NCBI GenBank assembly: GCA_964291625.2
Contig: OZ220089.1
Span: forward strand, 448,001-512,000
DNA: 64,000 nucleotides
Source of the DNA: Candidatus Latescibacterota bacterium
GTDB taxonomy: Bacteria > Latescibacterota > UBA2968 > UBA8231
Reading direction: 5' to 3'
The position numbers and the translations under genes were made by a program. Positions 9,843 to 19,420 of the stretch are shown in pieces (position 1 is the first letter of the stretch; each line of letters opens with the position of its first letter). Under the pieces are notes generated by a model that made no database searches, had not been told where the DNA came from, and saw only the letters and a program-made list of their open reading frames with translations.

Positions 9843-10853
9843 ATGTCCCCTGCCCTTCTTCTTCTCCTGATCCTGCTGCCCGGCGCGCTCACCGGCCAGG
9901 AGCGCCCGCCGACACCGGTCATCGTCGCCGAGGTCCTCGAGCAGCCGCTGGTCGAGGACCTCTCCTTCGTCGGGCGCATCCTGCCGGTGCGCTCCAGCCG
10001 CGTCGCCGCCGAGACCGAAGGCAAGGTGGTGCAGCGGTTCAGGGACGCCGGTCAGACCGTGCGCGCCGGCGACCCCCTCTTCGCGCTGGCCAACGATCCG
10101 CTCCAGGCCGCCCTGGACGAGGCCGAGGCCGATCTGGCCCTGCGCCGGTTCATCCACGACGGCAGCCGCCGCCTGCGAGCCACCGAAGCGGTCTCCGAGC
10201 AGGACCTGCGCATCGAGGCCTTCGAGCTGGCCCGGGCCGAAGCCCGCCTGAGCGGCCTGAAGGCCCAGGTGGAAGACCTCCTCGTCCGCGCCCCCTTTTC
10301 CGGGCACATCGTCCGCACCGCCACCGAGGTCGGCGAGTGGGTCGGCCGCGGCGGCGAGATCGCCCAGGTGATCTCCATCGACACGGTGCGCGCCATCGTC
10401 GAGGTGCCCGAGCACCACGTGCCGCAGCTGGCCCTGGGGGACAGCGGCGCCATCTTCGTCGATGCCCTCGGCGGCGATCCCGTCCACGGCCTCGTGACCG
10501 CCATCTCCGCCGAGGGCTACCCCTCCTCCCGCACCTTCCCGGTCGTCGTCGAGGCCGCCAATCCGGAAGGCCGGATGCGCAGCAACATGTCGGCCCGGGT
10601 GCGCTTCCGGATCGCCCAGACGAGGCCGTCGCTCCTGGTGCACAAGGACGCCCTGGTCTCCGGTCCTCGGGGACAGGTGGTCTACCTCGCCCGCGACGGG
10701 ATGGCCCACGGCCGCCCCGTCGAAGCCGGGCTGGCGCACCAGGGCTACGTGGCCGTCACGGGCGAGCTGGCACCCGGCGATCTGGCCGTGGTGCGCGGCA
10801 ACGAGCGGCTGCGCGACGGCCAGGCCGTGCGCATCATCCGCAGGCAGCCGTAG
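9843..10853 (+). CDS. RND efflux periplasmic adaptor (MFP)
   Basis: Lipoyl/hairpin motifs GKVVQ...GQTVRAGDPL, VRAPFSG, GEWV, LRDGQAV. Confidence 0.92.
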   Translation: MSPALLLLLILLPGALTGQERPPTPVIVAEVLEQPLVEDLSFVGRILPVRSSRVAAETEGKVVQRFRDAGQTVRAGDPLFALANDPLQAALDEAEADLALRRFIHDGSRRLRATEAVSEQDLRIEAFELARAEARLSGLKAQVEDLLVRAPFSGHIVRTATEVGEWVGRGGEIAQVISIDTVRAIVEVPEHHVPQLALGDSGAIFVDALGGDPVHGLVTAISAEGYPSSRTFPVVVEAANPEGRMRSNMSARVRFRIAQTRPSLLVHKDALVSGPRGQVVYLARDGMAHGRPVEAGLAHQGYVAVTGELAPGDLAVVRGNERLRDGQAVRIIRRQP

Positions 10854-10859
10854 ACCGTC

Positions 10860-13800
10860 ATGCGCCTGATCGCCACAGCCATCCAGCGGCCCGTCAGCGT
10901 GACCGTCGGCGTGCTCCTGGTGGCGCTCTTCGGCCTGATCTCCCTCTTCCGGATCCCCGTTCAGCTCACGCCGGACATCGACCGGCCGATCATCACGGTC
11001 TCCACCGTGTGGCCGGGGGCCAGCCCGGAAGAGGTCGAGCAGGAGATCGTCCAGCGCCAGGAGGAACAGCTGAGGAGCGTCGAGGGACTGGTGCTGATGA
11101 CCAGCGAGAGCAACGACAGCCGCGGGGTCGTCTCCCTCGAGTTCAGCGTCGGCGTCGATCCCGACGCGGTGATGCTGCTGGTCTCCAACAAGCTCGACCA
11201 GGTCTTCGGCTATCCCCTCGACGCCGAGCGGCCGGTGATCTCGGCCGGCGGCAGCGGGCCGAGCGGGGCGATCACCTGGATCATGCTCCAACCCCTTCCG
11301 GACCGCGGCGACCTGGACATCGAACGCTACCGCGACTACGCCGAGGAAGTCGTCAAGACCGCCCTCGAGCGCGTGCCCGGCGTCTCCCGGAGCAACATCT
11401 ACGGCGGCTACGAACGGCAGCTCCAGGTCATCGTCGATCCCCGGGCCATGGCCGCCCGCCAGATCACCGTCCAGGACCTGGCCCAGGCCCTCACCCGCGA
11501 GAACGCCAATACCAGCGCCGGGACCTTCGACGAGGGCAAGCGCCGCTACATCGTGCGCACCGTCGGCCAGTACCAGCAGCCCGCGGACATCGAGAAGGTC
11601 GTCGTCCGCTCGGCCGACGGCACCCGGGTCACCGTCGGCGAGATCGCCCGCACCCGCCTCGGCTACGTCCGCACCGTGGCCTCCGTGCGGCAGAAGGGCA
11701 CCCCGGCGATCGCCATCAACGCCCAGCGCGAGACCGGGGCCAACGTCCTCGAGGTCATGGACGGCATCCGCCTCACCCTCCGCGAGCTCAACGAGGGGCC
11801 GCTGGCCCGCGAGGGCCTCTACCTGAAGCAGGTCTACGACGAGACCGACTACATCGACAGCGCCATCGGCCTGGTGCGCTCCAACATCGTCATCGGCGGC
11901 GCCCTGGCGGTGACGGTGCTCTTCATCTTCCTGCGCAGCGTCAGCTCGGTGGCGATCATCGCCACGGCGATCCCGATCTCGATCGTCGGCACCTTCCTGG
12001 CCATGGGGCTCCTGGGCCGCAACATCAACGTCATCAGCCTGGCGGGGATGAGCTTTGCCGTGGGCATGGTCATCGACAACGCCATCGTCGCCCTCGAGAA
12101 CATCTTCCGCCACCAGCAGATGGGGAAGACCCGCGTGCGCGCGGCCCTCGACGGGGCCTCGGAGGTCTGGGGGGCGCTCCTGGCCAGCACCCTGACCACG
12201 GTGGCCATCTTCCTGCCCATCGTCTTCGTCGAGGACGAGGCCGGTCAGCTCTTCCGCGACATCGCCATCGCCGTCTCCTGCTCGGTCGTGCTCAGCCTGA
12301 TCGTGGCCATCTCCGTCATCCCCAGCCTGGCCAACAAGATCCTCGGCGGCGGCGAGCGGCGCCGGAGCCGACTGGTCGCCTGGGGCGAAGGGGTGCGGAC
12401 CTTCATCGCCCGGAGCGTCTTCCGCATCAGCGGCAGCACGGTGCTGCGCATGGGGGTCATCGCCGGGCTGATCGGCCTGTCGCTGGGCATCGCAATCACC
12501 CTGCTGCCCAAGTCGGAATACCTGCCCACGGGCAACCGCAACCTGATCTTCGGCATCGTCCTGCCGCCCCCCGGCTACAACCTCGACGAGCTGATCCAGG
12601 TGGGCCAGACGATCGAGGACGTCCTGCGGCCCCACTGGGAGGCGGCCTCCGACCCCGACGGCCCCCAGGCCCAGGCGCTGTCGGGACCGCCGATCGCCAA
12701 CATGTTCTTCGTCGCCTTCGGCCGCTCGGCCTTCATGGGCGCGCGCTCGACCGACCCGGCGCGCGTGCGCGAGCTGATCCCGATCATCCAGGGGCCGGTC
12801 CTGGGCGGGGTGCCGGGGACGTTCGCCGTGGTGCAGCAGTCGAGCCTCTTCCAGCGCGCCACCGGCAGCGGGCGCTCCATCGACATCGACATCACCGGGC
12901 CCGACCTGGACCACCTCGTCGGGCTGGGGGGGCGGATCTTCGGCCAAGTCCGGCAGGTCGTGCCCGGGTCCCAGGCCCGCCCCATTCCCAGCCTCGACCT
13001 GGGCAATCCGGAAGTCCGCATCCTCCCCGACCGCGTGCGCGCCGCCGACCTGGGGCTCTCGGCGCGGGAGATCGGCTCGGCGGTCAACGCCTTGATGGAC
13101 GGGGCCCTCGTCGACGGCTACCAGTTCCAGGGGGAGGAGATCGACCTGGTGCTCCGGGGCGAGGAGGACTGGTTCCGCACCCAGGACATCGCCAACCTGC
13201 CGATCTACACCCCCCGCGGCCAGCTGGTGCCGCTCAGCGCCGTGGCGCGAGTCGAGGTGACCACCGGCCCCGAGCAGATCAACCACATCGAGCGGGACCG
13301 GGCGATCACCGTCCGGGTCATCCCGCCGGAGACGGTTCCCCTGGAGACCGCCCTCGACGCGCTCCAGACCAAGATCGTCCAGCCCCTCGTCGATTCCGGC
13401 GACCTGGTCCCGCCCTACCAGATCCGACTGTCCGGCTCGGCCGACGACCTGCGGCGCACCCGCCAGGCCCTGCAGTGGAACTTCCTCCTGGCCCTGCTCA
13501 TCACCTACCTGCTGATGGCGGCGCTCTTCGAGAGCTTCCTCTACCCCTTCGTCATCATGCTCAGCGTGCCGCCGGCCCTGGCGGGCGGCATCCTCGGGCT
13601 GGAGGTCGTCAACCGCACCCTGACCTACCAACCCCTCGACATCCTCACCATGCTCGGCTTCGTCATCCTCATCGGGGTGGTGGTCAACAACGCCATCCTC
13701 ATCGTCCACCAGACGCTGAACATCCTGCGGGAGGCGCCCGAGACCCCGCTCAGAGAGGCGATCCACGACGCCGTCTACAGCCGCGTGCGGCCGATCTTCA

Positions 13801-14000
13801 TGTCGACCATCACCAGCGCCCTGGGCATGCTGCCGCTGGTCATCTTCCCCGGCGCCGGGTCCGAGCTCTACCGGGGTCTGGGCAGCGTCGTGATCGGGGG
13901 GCTGCTGCTGTCGACGCTGTTCACCCTCTTTCTGGTGCCTACCTTCCTCAGCCTGGCGATGGACCTGAGGGCCTGGATCGGCCGGGGCGGGAGGGTGTAG
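10860..14000 (+). CDS. AcrB/AcrD/AcrF-family RND permease
   Basis: 1046 aa; GASPEEVE, GMVIDNAIV and RVRPIFMST motifs. Confidence 0.95.
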   Translation: MRLIATAIQRPVSVTVGVLLVALFGLISLFRIPVQLTPDIDRPIITVSTVWPGASPEEVEQEIVQRQEEQLRSVEGLVLMTSESNDSRGVVSLEFSVGVDPDAVMLLVSNKLDQVFGYPLDAERPVISAGGSGPSGAITWIMLQPLPDRGDLDIERYRDYAEEVVKTALERVPGVSRSNIYGGYERQLQVIVDPRAMAARQITVQDLAQALTRENANTSAGTFDEGKRRYIVRTVGQYQQPADIEKVVVRSADGTRVTVGEIARTRLGYVRTVASVRQKGTPAIAINAQRETGANVLEVMDGIRLTLRELNEGPLAREGLYLKQVYDETDYIDSAIGLVRSNIVIGGALAVTVLFIFLRSVSSVAIIATAIPISIVGTFLAMGLLGRNINVISLAGMSFAVGMVIDNAIVALENIFRHQQMGKTRVRAALDGASEVWGALLASTLTTVAIFLPIVFVEDEAGQLFRDIAIAVSCSVVLSLIVAISVIPSLANKILGGGERRRSRLVAWGEGVRTFIARSVFRISGSTVLRMGVIAGLIGLSLGIAITLLPKSEYLPTGNRNLIFGIVLPPPGYNLDELIQVGQTIEDVLRPHWEAASDPDGPQAQALSGPPIANMFFVAFGRSAFMGARSTDPARVRELIPIIQGPVLGGVPGTFAVVQQSSLFQRATGSGRSIDIDITGPDLDHLVGLGGRIFGQVRQVVPGSQARPIPSLDLGNPEVRILPDRVRAADLGLSAREIGSAVNALMDGALVDGYQFQGEEIDLVLRGEEDWFRTQDIANLPIYTPRGQLVPLSAVARVEVTTGPEQINHIERDRAITVRVIPPETVPLETALDALQTKIVQPLVDSGDLVPPYQIRLSGSADDLRRTRQALQWNFLLALLITYLLMAALFESFLYPFVIMLSVPPALAGGILGLEVVNRTLTYQPLDILTMLGFVILIGVVVNNAILIVHQTLNILREAPETPLREAIHDAVYSRVRPIFMSTITSALGMLPLVIFPGAGSELYRGLGSVVIGGLLLSTLFTLFLVPTFLSLAMDLRAWIGRGGRV

Positions 14001-14178
14001 AGGGCGGACCTCCCATGTCACCGAGCAAGCTGTTGCGCCAAGCCCTGAACCCATGGCCGGAAGAAGAGCGGCAGATCGCAAGAGGAAGTCGCCGATCTTC
14101 TCGGCAACCAGGCAGACACAGTCAAGAGACCATCTGCGCACCTCGCGCGGCCACCTCGGAAGAAAGGTTGTTTGCTTT

Positions 14179-15420
14179 ATGGTAGAGGACAATCTGCAGA
14201 AAGACCGTCCTTCGGGAGAGGAAGGTCCTGTCCATCAGGTCCTCCGTCTGATCGCACCGCAAGAAACCAAACACAGCGAGGACATCTACTCGCTCTTCGA
14301 CGCACTGGGCCGACCGGATCTGCGGGAGATGGGCCGGGCCGGACGGATCGCCGACAGCAAGCACGACTGGAAAACCTCCCGCGTCGGCTTTGTCGGTGAC
14401 CAGATCGCCACATACTATGGCGTATACGACCTCACCGTGCGGGTCGGGACCGCCCGTGTGAAGGCCGCTGGCGAGAATCTCTGCTATACTCACCCCGCCT
14501 ACGGGGAACGCTTCGGTGAGTTGATGGACCAAACGGTGGCGGAGGCGCTCGAAGCTATGCGCGACCAAGGCTACGACCTCGTCATCAACCTGGCCGGGCG
14601 AGAGTATGCTCGCTATGGCTATGTGCCGGTTTGGCGCTGCGAAGAGTGGAGAGTGGAGACAGCGGAGCTGCCACGCGAAGCGCCGGACTTTGAGTTGCAG
14701 CCCTTCGCGCCGACGCACCGCGAGGATCTGGCGGCGGTGTACAACAACACCAACGAGACGCTGACCGGTACTACCGTACGGCCGACCTATTTCCAGAACA
14801 AGGAGCCCGGCGGTTTCCAGGGCTGGCTGTGGACCGACGATAAGGATCGGCCTAGAGGCTATGTCACAGGCGGAGATGGGGGGAAGGATGTCTACGTCGA
14901 CGAACACGCGGGTCCAGCCGATGAGGTCCTCCAGGCCCTGGCGCTGATCGCGCGCCGTGGGGCCCATGATACGGTCCGCTTCCGGGGGTTGCCCTACAAC
15001 AGCCCCGTGGGCCAGAAGCTGAGGCAACTCCCCTCGTGCTCGATCGAATGGGTGGGTCCGCCCCGGGTTTATTTCGCCCGCATCGTCAACCTGCAATCCT
15101 TGTTCGAAAATCTGGTGCCCGAGCTGTCACGGCGCCTGGGAGCCTTCCCATTGGTGCAATGGGAAGGGGATCTGCTGATTTCAACGGGGGAGGAAGAGGT
15201 CGCCCTGCGCATCAAAGGGGCGGACGTAAGCGTCGTAACCACGGGAGAGATGACGCACGCGATTCGCGGCGGGCAGGATATCGTGCAGTTGGCGTTGGGG
15301 ACGGATACGCCGGAGGATGTGGTGGAACGCAATGGCATACGGCTCAGCGGTGATGCCGAGCAACTGGCAAAGATACTCTTTCCCGCGCAATACCCGATGT
15401 TCGGGAATCAGGACCTGTAA
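14179..15420 (+). CDS. GNAT (Eis-like) acetyltransferase with SCP2-like C-terminus
   Basis: YTHPAY...ELM...AMRDQGYD...YARYGY GNAT pattern, second GNAT-like half, C-terminal LFP; start uncertain (14053 or 14179); lower GC. Confidence 0.65.
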   Translation: MVEDNLQKDRPSGEEGPVHQVLRLIAPQETKHSEDIYSLFDALGRPDLREMGRAGRIADSKHDWKTSRVGFVGDQIATYYGVYDLTVRVGTARVKAAGENLCYTHPAYGERFGELMDQTVAEALEAMRDQGYDLVINLAGREYARYGYVPVWRCEEWRVETAELPREAPDFELQPFAPTHREDLAAVYNNTNETLTGTTVRPTYFQNKEPGGFQGWLWTDDKDRPRGYVTGGDGGKDVYVDEHAGPADEVLQALALIARRGAHDTVRFRGLPYNSPVGQKLRQLPSCSIEWVGPPRVYFARIVNLQSLFENLVPELSRRLGAFPLVQWEGDLLISTGEEEVALRIKGADVSVVTTGEMTHAIRGGQDIVQLALGTDTPEDVVERNGIRLSGDAEQLAKILFPAQYPMFGNQDL

Positions 15421-15497
15421 TCGGGCGGTCGTGTTGCAGCTCGTATCGGTGACTTGCTCTGCCTGACTCATTGGTCACGAAGCCACAGGAGATCCCC

Positions 15498-16565
15498 ATG
15501 CAATTCGGCCAGTTCTATCTGCTGGAAACCCCGCCCGGCAAGGACCACGCCCAGGTCTACCACGAGGCGTTCGAACAGTTCAAACTCATGGACGAGACGG
15601 GCTGGGACGCCATCTGGCTGGCGGAACACCACTTCGACCACAAGGCGCCGGGGGCCAACTACTACTCGGTCACCTCGTCCATCCATACCATGGCCGCGTA
15701 CGCCTCGGCCATCACCGAACGCATCAAGATCGGCACCGCGGTGGTCGTGCTGCCCTTCCACAATCCCGTCATCGTCGCGGAAGACTTCGCAACCGTCGAT
15801 ATCATGTCGAAGGGGCGGCTCCTCTTCGGCGTGGGGCGCGGCTACCAGGCCGAGGAGTTCTACAACTGGGGAATCGACCTGGAGGAGAGCCGCGACCGGT
15901 TCCAGGAAGAGCTGGACATCATCCTGAAAGCCTGGACGGGCCCCGTCGAATACGACGGCAGGTTCCACAAGGTCAGGAAGGTCAACGTCATCCCGAAGCC
16001 CGTACAACAGCCCCACCCGCCGGTCTACGTCGCGGCGGTGAGTCCCTCCACCTACGAGTGGGTCATCAAGAACGGCTACAACGTCCTGACCTCGTTCCTG
16101 CACCCCTACGACGAGGTCTTCCAGCTCTACGAGTCGTACCACAAGACCGCGGAGGCCTGCGGAATGTCGGGCCAACTGGACTTCCCCCTGGCGAGGTTCC
16201 TCTACGTGGCCGAGTCCACTCAGAAAGCCCGGGAGGAATGCCACGACCAGCTCATGTGGTACTTCCGCACCCTCCTGGCCGAGGTGATCGCGCCGCCGCC
16301 GGAGATGGCGCCTCCCGGCCAGATGGAGTTCTACCAGGGACTGAAACAGAAGTTCTCAGAGATTACCTTCGACGAGATCCTCGCCGATCACGCCATCGTG
16401 GGCGATCCGGACTTCGTCGCCGACAAGATCGGCTGGATCCAGAAGCACACGGGACTGCAGAACTTCATGGGGTGGACCCGCATCGGAGACCTGAGCCCCG
16501 ACCTGGTCTGCAAGTCCCTTCGGATGTTCTCCGAGCACGTAGCGCCCGCCTTCAAGGAGGCTTGA
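15498..16565 (+). CDS. Luciferase-like (LLM) flavin-dependent monooxygenase
   Basis: WLAEHHF, TERIKIGTAV, SKGRLLFGVGRGY, PKPVQQPHPP; AGGAG RBS. Confidence 0.93.
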   Translation: MQFGQFYLLETPPGKDHAQVYHEAFEQFKLMDETGWDAIWLAEHHFDHKAPGANYYSVTSSIHTMAAYASAITERIKIGTAVVVLPFHNPVIVAEDFATVDIMSKGRLLFGVGRGYQAEEFYNWGIDLEESRDRFQEELDIILKAWTGPVEYDGRFHKVRKVNVIPKPVQQPHPPVYVAAVSPSTYEWVIKNGYNVLTSFLHPYDEVFQLYESYHKTAEACGMSGQLDFPLARFLYVAESTQKAREECHDQLMWYFRTLLAEVIAPPPEMAPPGQMEFYQGLKQKFSEITFDEILADHAIVGDPDFVADKIGWIQKHTGLQNFMGWTRIGDLSPDLVCKSLRMFSEHVAPAFKEA

Positions 16566-16568
16566 CCA

Positions 16569-16994
16569 ATGTCATCCAGTGCAAACGCGCGTATCGCCCG
16601 CGAATCCCTCGAAGCCGCCTTCGCCTGCGACTGGAAGCGCCTCCGCGAAACCTACGCCGACGACGCAACCATGGTCGGCGGCGGACTCGACCTCCGCGGC
16701 GCCGATGACATGGTGGCGCTCTGGCGGGGCTGCCACGAGGAAGAGCGGGGCCTGCGGCTCGAGATTCTCAACCTCGTCGCCGACGATGAGATGGCCGTCG
16801 TGGAGTTCCGCCACAAGGGCGTCGTGAACCAGCCTCTCCCCGGACTGCCCGAAGCGTTGTATGGCAGACGCCTGGAGGCGACCGAGGTGCACCTGTTCCG
16901 GATTCAGGACGGAAAGATCACCGCCATCACCATCTATGGCGGTGTGCTTGAGTCTCCCGACGTTCCGCTCAGGCGGGTCTGGGTGACCGAGTAG
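16569..16994 (+). CDS. SnoaL/NTF2-like (ester cyclase-like) protein
   Basis: YADDA...LRG...VVEF...FRIQDGKI pattern. Confidence 0.8.
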   Translation: MSSSANARIARESLEAAFACDWKRLRETYADDATMVGGGLDLRGADDMVALWRGCHEEERGLRLEILNLVADDEMAVVEFRHKGVVNQPLPGLPEALYGRRLEATEVHLFRIQDGKITAITIYGGVLESPDVPLRRVWVTE

Positions 16995-17057
16995 GGAAGT
17001 CGGCCTGCCGCAGTGTGAGCACCACGGATACACTCCAGGCCACCAATAGGGGAAACC

Positions 17058-17879
17058 ATGAGCGACCATATTGCCGCGCCCGTGCCCATGACGGAAGAGC
17101 AGAAGTTCTTCTACGACCTCCAGGGTTGGATCCTGTTGCCTTCCGTCCTGTCCGAAGCGGAAGTCGAAGTGATGAAGGCCGAGGTCTACGACGGCGCCAG
17201 GCAGAGCTACCAGGGTGCCCTGCAGGAGCTCCTGGACCATCCTGCGGTGACCGGCATCCTCACCGAAATCCTTGCCGAAGAGCCGTTCCTCGGAGACGAC
17301 TATCACAGCTTCCGCTGCGAGGGCTCCTTCGTCACCGTGCGGCACGCCGGCTGGAAGAGCGACGGGGAGGGCACCGGCCTGCCGCACGTGGTGCGGCCGC
17401 CGCAACAGGCCAATGCCATGCGCTACCAGGTCGCGGGCAAGAAGATCTTCTCCGGGCTCACCCGGGTCGTGTGGGAGCTCGAAGAGGTGAAAGCCGGTCA
17501 AGGGGGCACCACGTTTCTCTCCGGCTCCCACAAGGCCCACTTCAACTACGGCGGCCCCGACCCCAACCAGCCCAATATCCGCGAGTCTCCCTGGGAGGAA
17601 GGCATGCGCGCGGCCATGGCTCAATACAGCTGCCCGCCCGGCTCGGCCATCATCTTCACCGAAAGCCTGCTGCACGCGGCCAACGACTGGCGCAACACGG
17701 ACAATCCGCGCTGCGCCGTGTTCAACTGCTACAATTCCCTGTGGGCTCAATGGCACCGACTCAACCTCGGCCACGAGATCATCGAGGCCATGCCGCCCAG
17801 GCGCCGCTCCTTGTTCCGCGGCACGTGGCAGCTGGGCGGCGAGAATCACGCCTACTCGCTGGACAATCGTTCGATCTGA
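17058..17879 (+). CDS. Phytanoyl-CoA dioxygenase (PhyH)-family protein
   Basis: EQKFFYDLQGW, GGTTFLSGSHK, GSAIIFTESLLH motifs. Confidence 0.85.
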   Translation: MSDHIAAPVPMTEEQKFFYDLQGWILLPSVLSEAEVEVMKAEVYDGARQSYQGALQELLDHPAVTGILTEILAEEPFLGDDYHSFRCEGSFVTVRHAGWKSDGEGTGLPHVVRPPQQANAMRYQVAGKKIFSGLTRVVWELEEVKAGQGGTTFLSGSHKAHFNYGGPDPNQPNIRESPWEEGMRAAMAQYSCPPGSAIIFTESLLHAANDWRNTDNPRCAVFNCYNSLWAQWHRLNLGHEIIEAMPPRRRSLFRGTWQLGGENHAYSLDNRSI

Positions 17880-17906
17880 CGTGCGTCGTCTCTCAGGAGG
17901 TCCAGG

Positions 17907-18371
17907 ATGGACCGGTACCGGCTCTCCCCCTTCGTCGAAACACCGCTCCGGGCGAGCCTGGCGATCCTGGCCGTCAACGCGGCCGTGATCCTGGCCTCCG
18001 GGATCATCTTCGGGGTTCTCGGAGTCGTCTCGAACCGGTGGGAGGCCGCCCCGCTCCTCGCCTTGCCGCTCTTCCTGCTCTTCGTCGTCGGCTCGTTCGG
18101 CGCGTGGTATCTCTTCGGGCGCCTGCTCCGGGGACGGTTCACGGTCCCGCAGCGTCTGACGGCCGCCGCCGTGGGAGTCCTTCCCATCGCAGCCGCCGCC
18201 TGGCTGATCGAGGCTCGCGCCGAAGGGGCCATGTGCGGAATCCTGGGCGCCTATGTGACGGGTGTGGGCGCCGGCGTGACGGCCTTTCTCACGGTCATGA
18301 TCGCCAGCGGCATCGACCCCCGCTTCGACCTGGACTCCGGCGGCCGACGGTCGCCCACGCCCTCCGCCTGA
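17907..18371 (+). CDS. Hypothetical membrane protein (about 4 TM)
   Basis: AGGAGG RBS; hydrophobic helices. Confidence 0.65.
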   Translation: MDRYRLSPFVETPLRASLAILAVNAAVILASGIIFGVLGVVSNRWEAAPLLALPLFLLFVVGSFGAWYLFGRLLRGRFTVPQRLTAAAVGVLPIAAAAWLIEARAEGAMCGILGAYVTGVGAGVTAFLTVMIASGIDPRFDLDSGGRRSPTPSA

Positions 18372-18432
18372 TCCACCCCGCCGCGCCGGGTATCCGGGCC
18401 TCCTGGCGCCCGACCCCAATGGCACTGACCGG

Positions 18433-19347
18433 ATGAGAACCCTCCTCATCCCCATCGCCGCTGCCATGGCCCTGTCGAGCCTCTTCTCCTGCTCGGGGAA
18501 TGATGACAGGCAGCTCAACGAACCCGGCACGGACGCAACCGGCCTGTCGACGCGATCCCTACTGCATGACGGCGTGGCCAAGGAGTACATCCTGTATGTG
18601 CCGGATTCCTACGATGGCACTTCGGACGTTCCGCTGATGCTCAACTTCCACGGCTTCGGGGGGACGGCGGAGGAATACCTGAACTACGCGGACATGCGGT
18701 CCCTGGCCGAGATGGACACCTTCCTCCTCGTCTATCCTCAAGGCACCTTGCTGGATGGTGATCCGCACTGGAATGCCGGTCTGGAATCGGAGGAGAACAA
18801 GAGCGACGCCGATGACTTCGGCTTCGTGGAAGCCTTGATCGACGAACTCTCCTCCGCGTACAGCATCGATGAAACGAGAGTATATGCCTGCGGCTACTCG
18901 AACGGCGCCTTCTTCGCCTATGCCCTTGCCTGCTATCACGGCGACAGGATAGCGGCCATCGGCTCCGTTGCCGGCACCATGATGGAGGAGACATACGCCA
19001 ACTGCGGCCCGTCCCACCCGACGGCCGTGGTGAGCATCCACGGCACATCCGACAAGGTTGTCCCCTATGACGGGGGTGAGGGGCTGGTCTCGGTTGACGA
19101 GGTGCTCGCCTACTGGACGGGTTTCAACAAGACGAGCACCGCCCCGGCGAAAGACAGCAGGAACGACCGGGGAACGACGATACAGCACTACTCATATGCG
19201 GACGGAGACAGCGGTATTTCCGTGGAGCACTACAAGGTGGTCGGCGGAGATCACGTCTGGTTCGAAATCCGCTACGACGGCTCAGATACGAGTGGTCTGA
19301 TCTGGGACTTCGTGTCGAGGTATTCCATCGACGGACTGAGACGGTAG
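18433..19347 (+). CDS. PHB-depolymerase/LpqC-family esterase, probable lipoprotein
   Basis: Lipobox-like LFSC; FHGFGG, VYPQG, GYSNG nucleophile elbow, HGTSD, GGDHVW. Confidence 0.85.
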   Translation: MRTLLIPIAAAMALSSLFSCSGNDDRQLNEPGTDATGLSTRSLLHDGVAKEYILYVPDSYDGTSDVPLMLNFHGFGGTAEEYLNYADMRSLAEMDTFLLVYPQGTLLDGDPHWNAGLESEENKSDADDFGFVEALIDELSSAYSIDETRVYACGYSNGAFFAYALACYHGDRIAAIGSVAGTMMEETYANCGPSHPTAVVSIHGTSDKVVPYDGGEGLVSVDEVLAYWTGFNKTSTAPAKDSRNDRGTTIQHYSYADGDSGISVEHYKVVGGDHVWFEIRYDGSDTSGLIWDFVSRYSIDGLRR

Positions 19348-19420
19348 AGCCGGGGCTTGCCCTCTACCCTGGCATTCCAGACGTTACCCCGAGAGACAAC
19401 AACAGAAAGGGAGAACACCC

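Noticed and set aside
12060-13700. RND proton-relay motifs read DN (GMVIDNA) and NN (GVVVNNA) instead of AcrB DD and K
   Set aside because: This variant is common in a large RND subfamily
14002-14016. GGGCGGACCTCCCAT resembling 37456-37471
   Set aside because: Short, imperfect, two copies only; plausible by chance at this GC content
4831-14192. Very long antisense or alternate-frame ORFs (4831-7911, 9780-14192, 10337-14185 and many similar)
   Set aside because: Shadow ORFs caused by high GC3 in the real genes; low-complexity R/G/A/P translations with no motifs
15498-17879. LLM + SnoaL + PhyH as a secondary-metabolite cluster
   Set aside because: No PKS, NRPS, RiPP precursor or other scaffold-forming gene nearby
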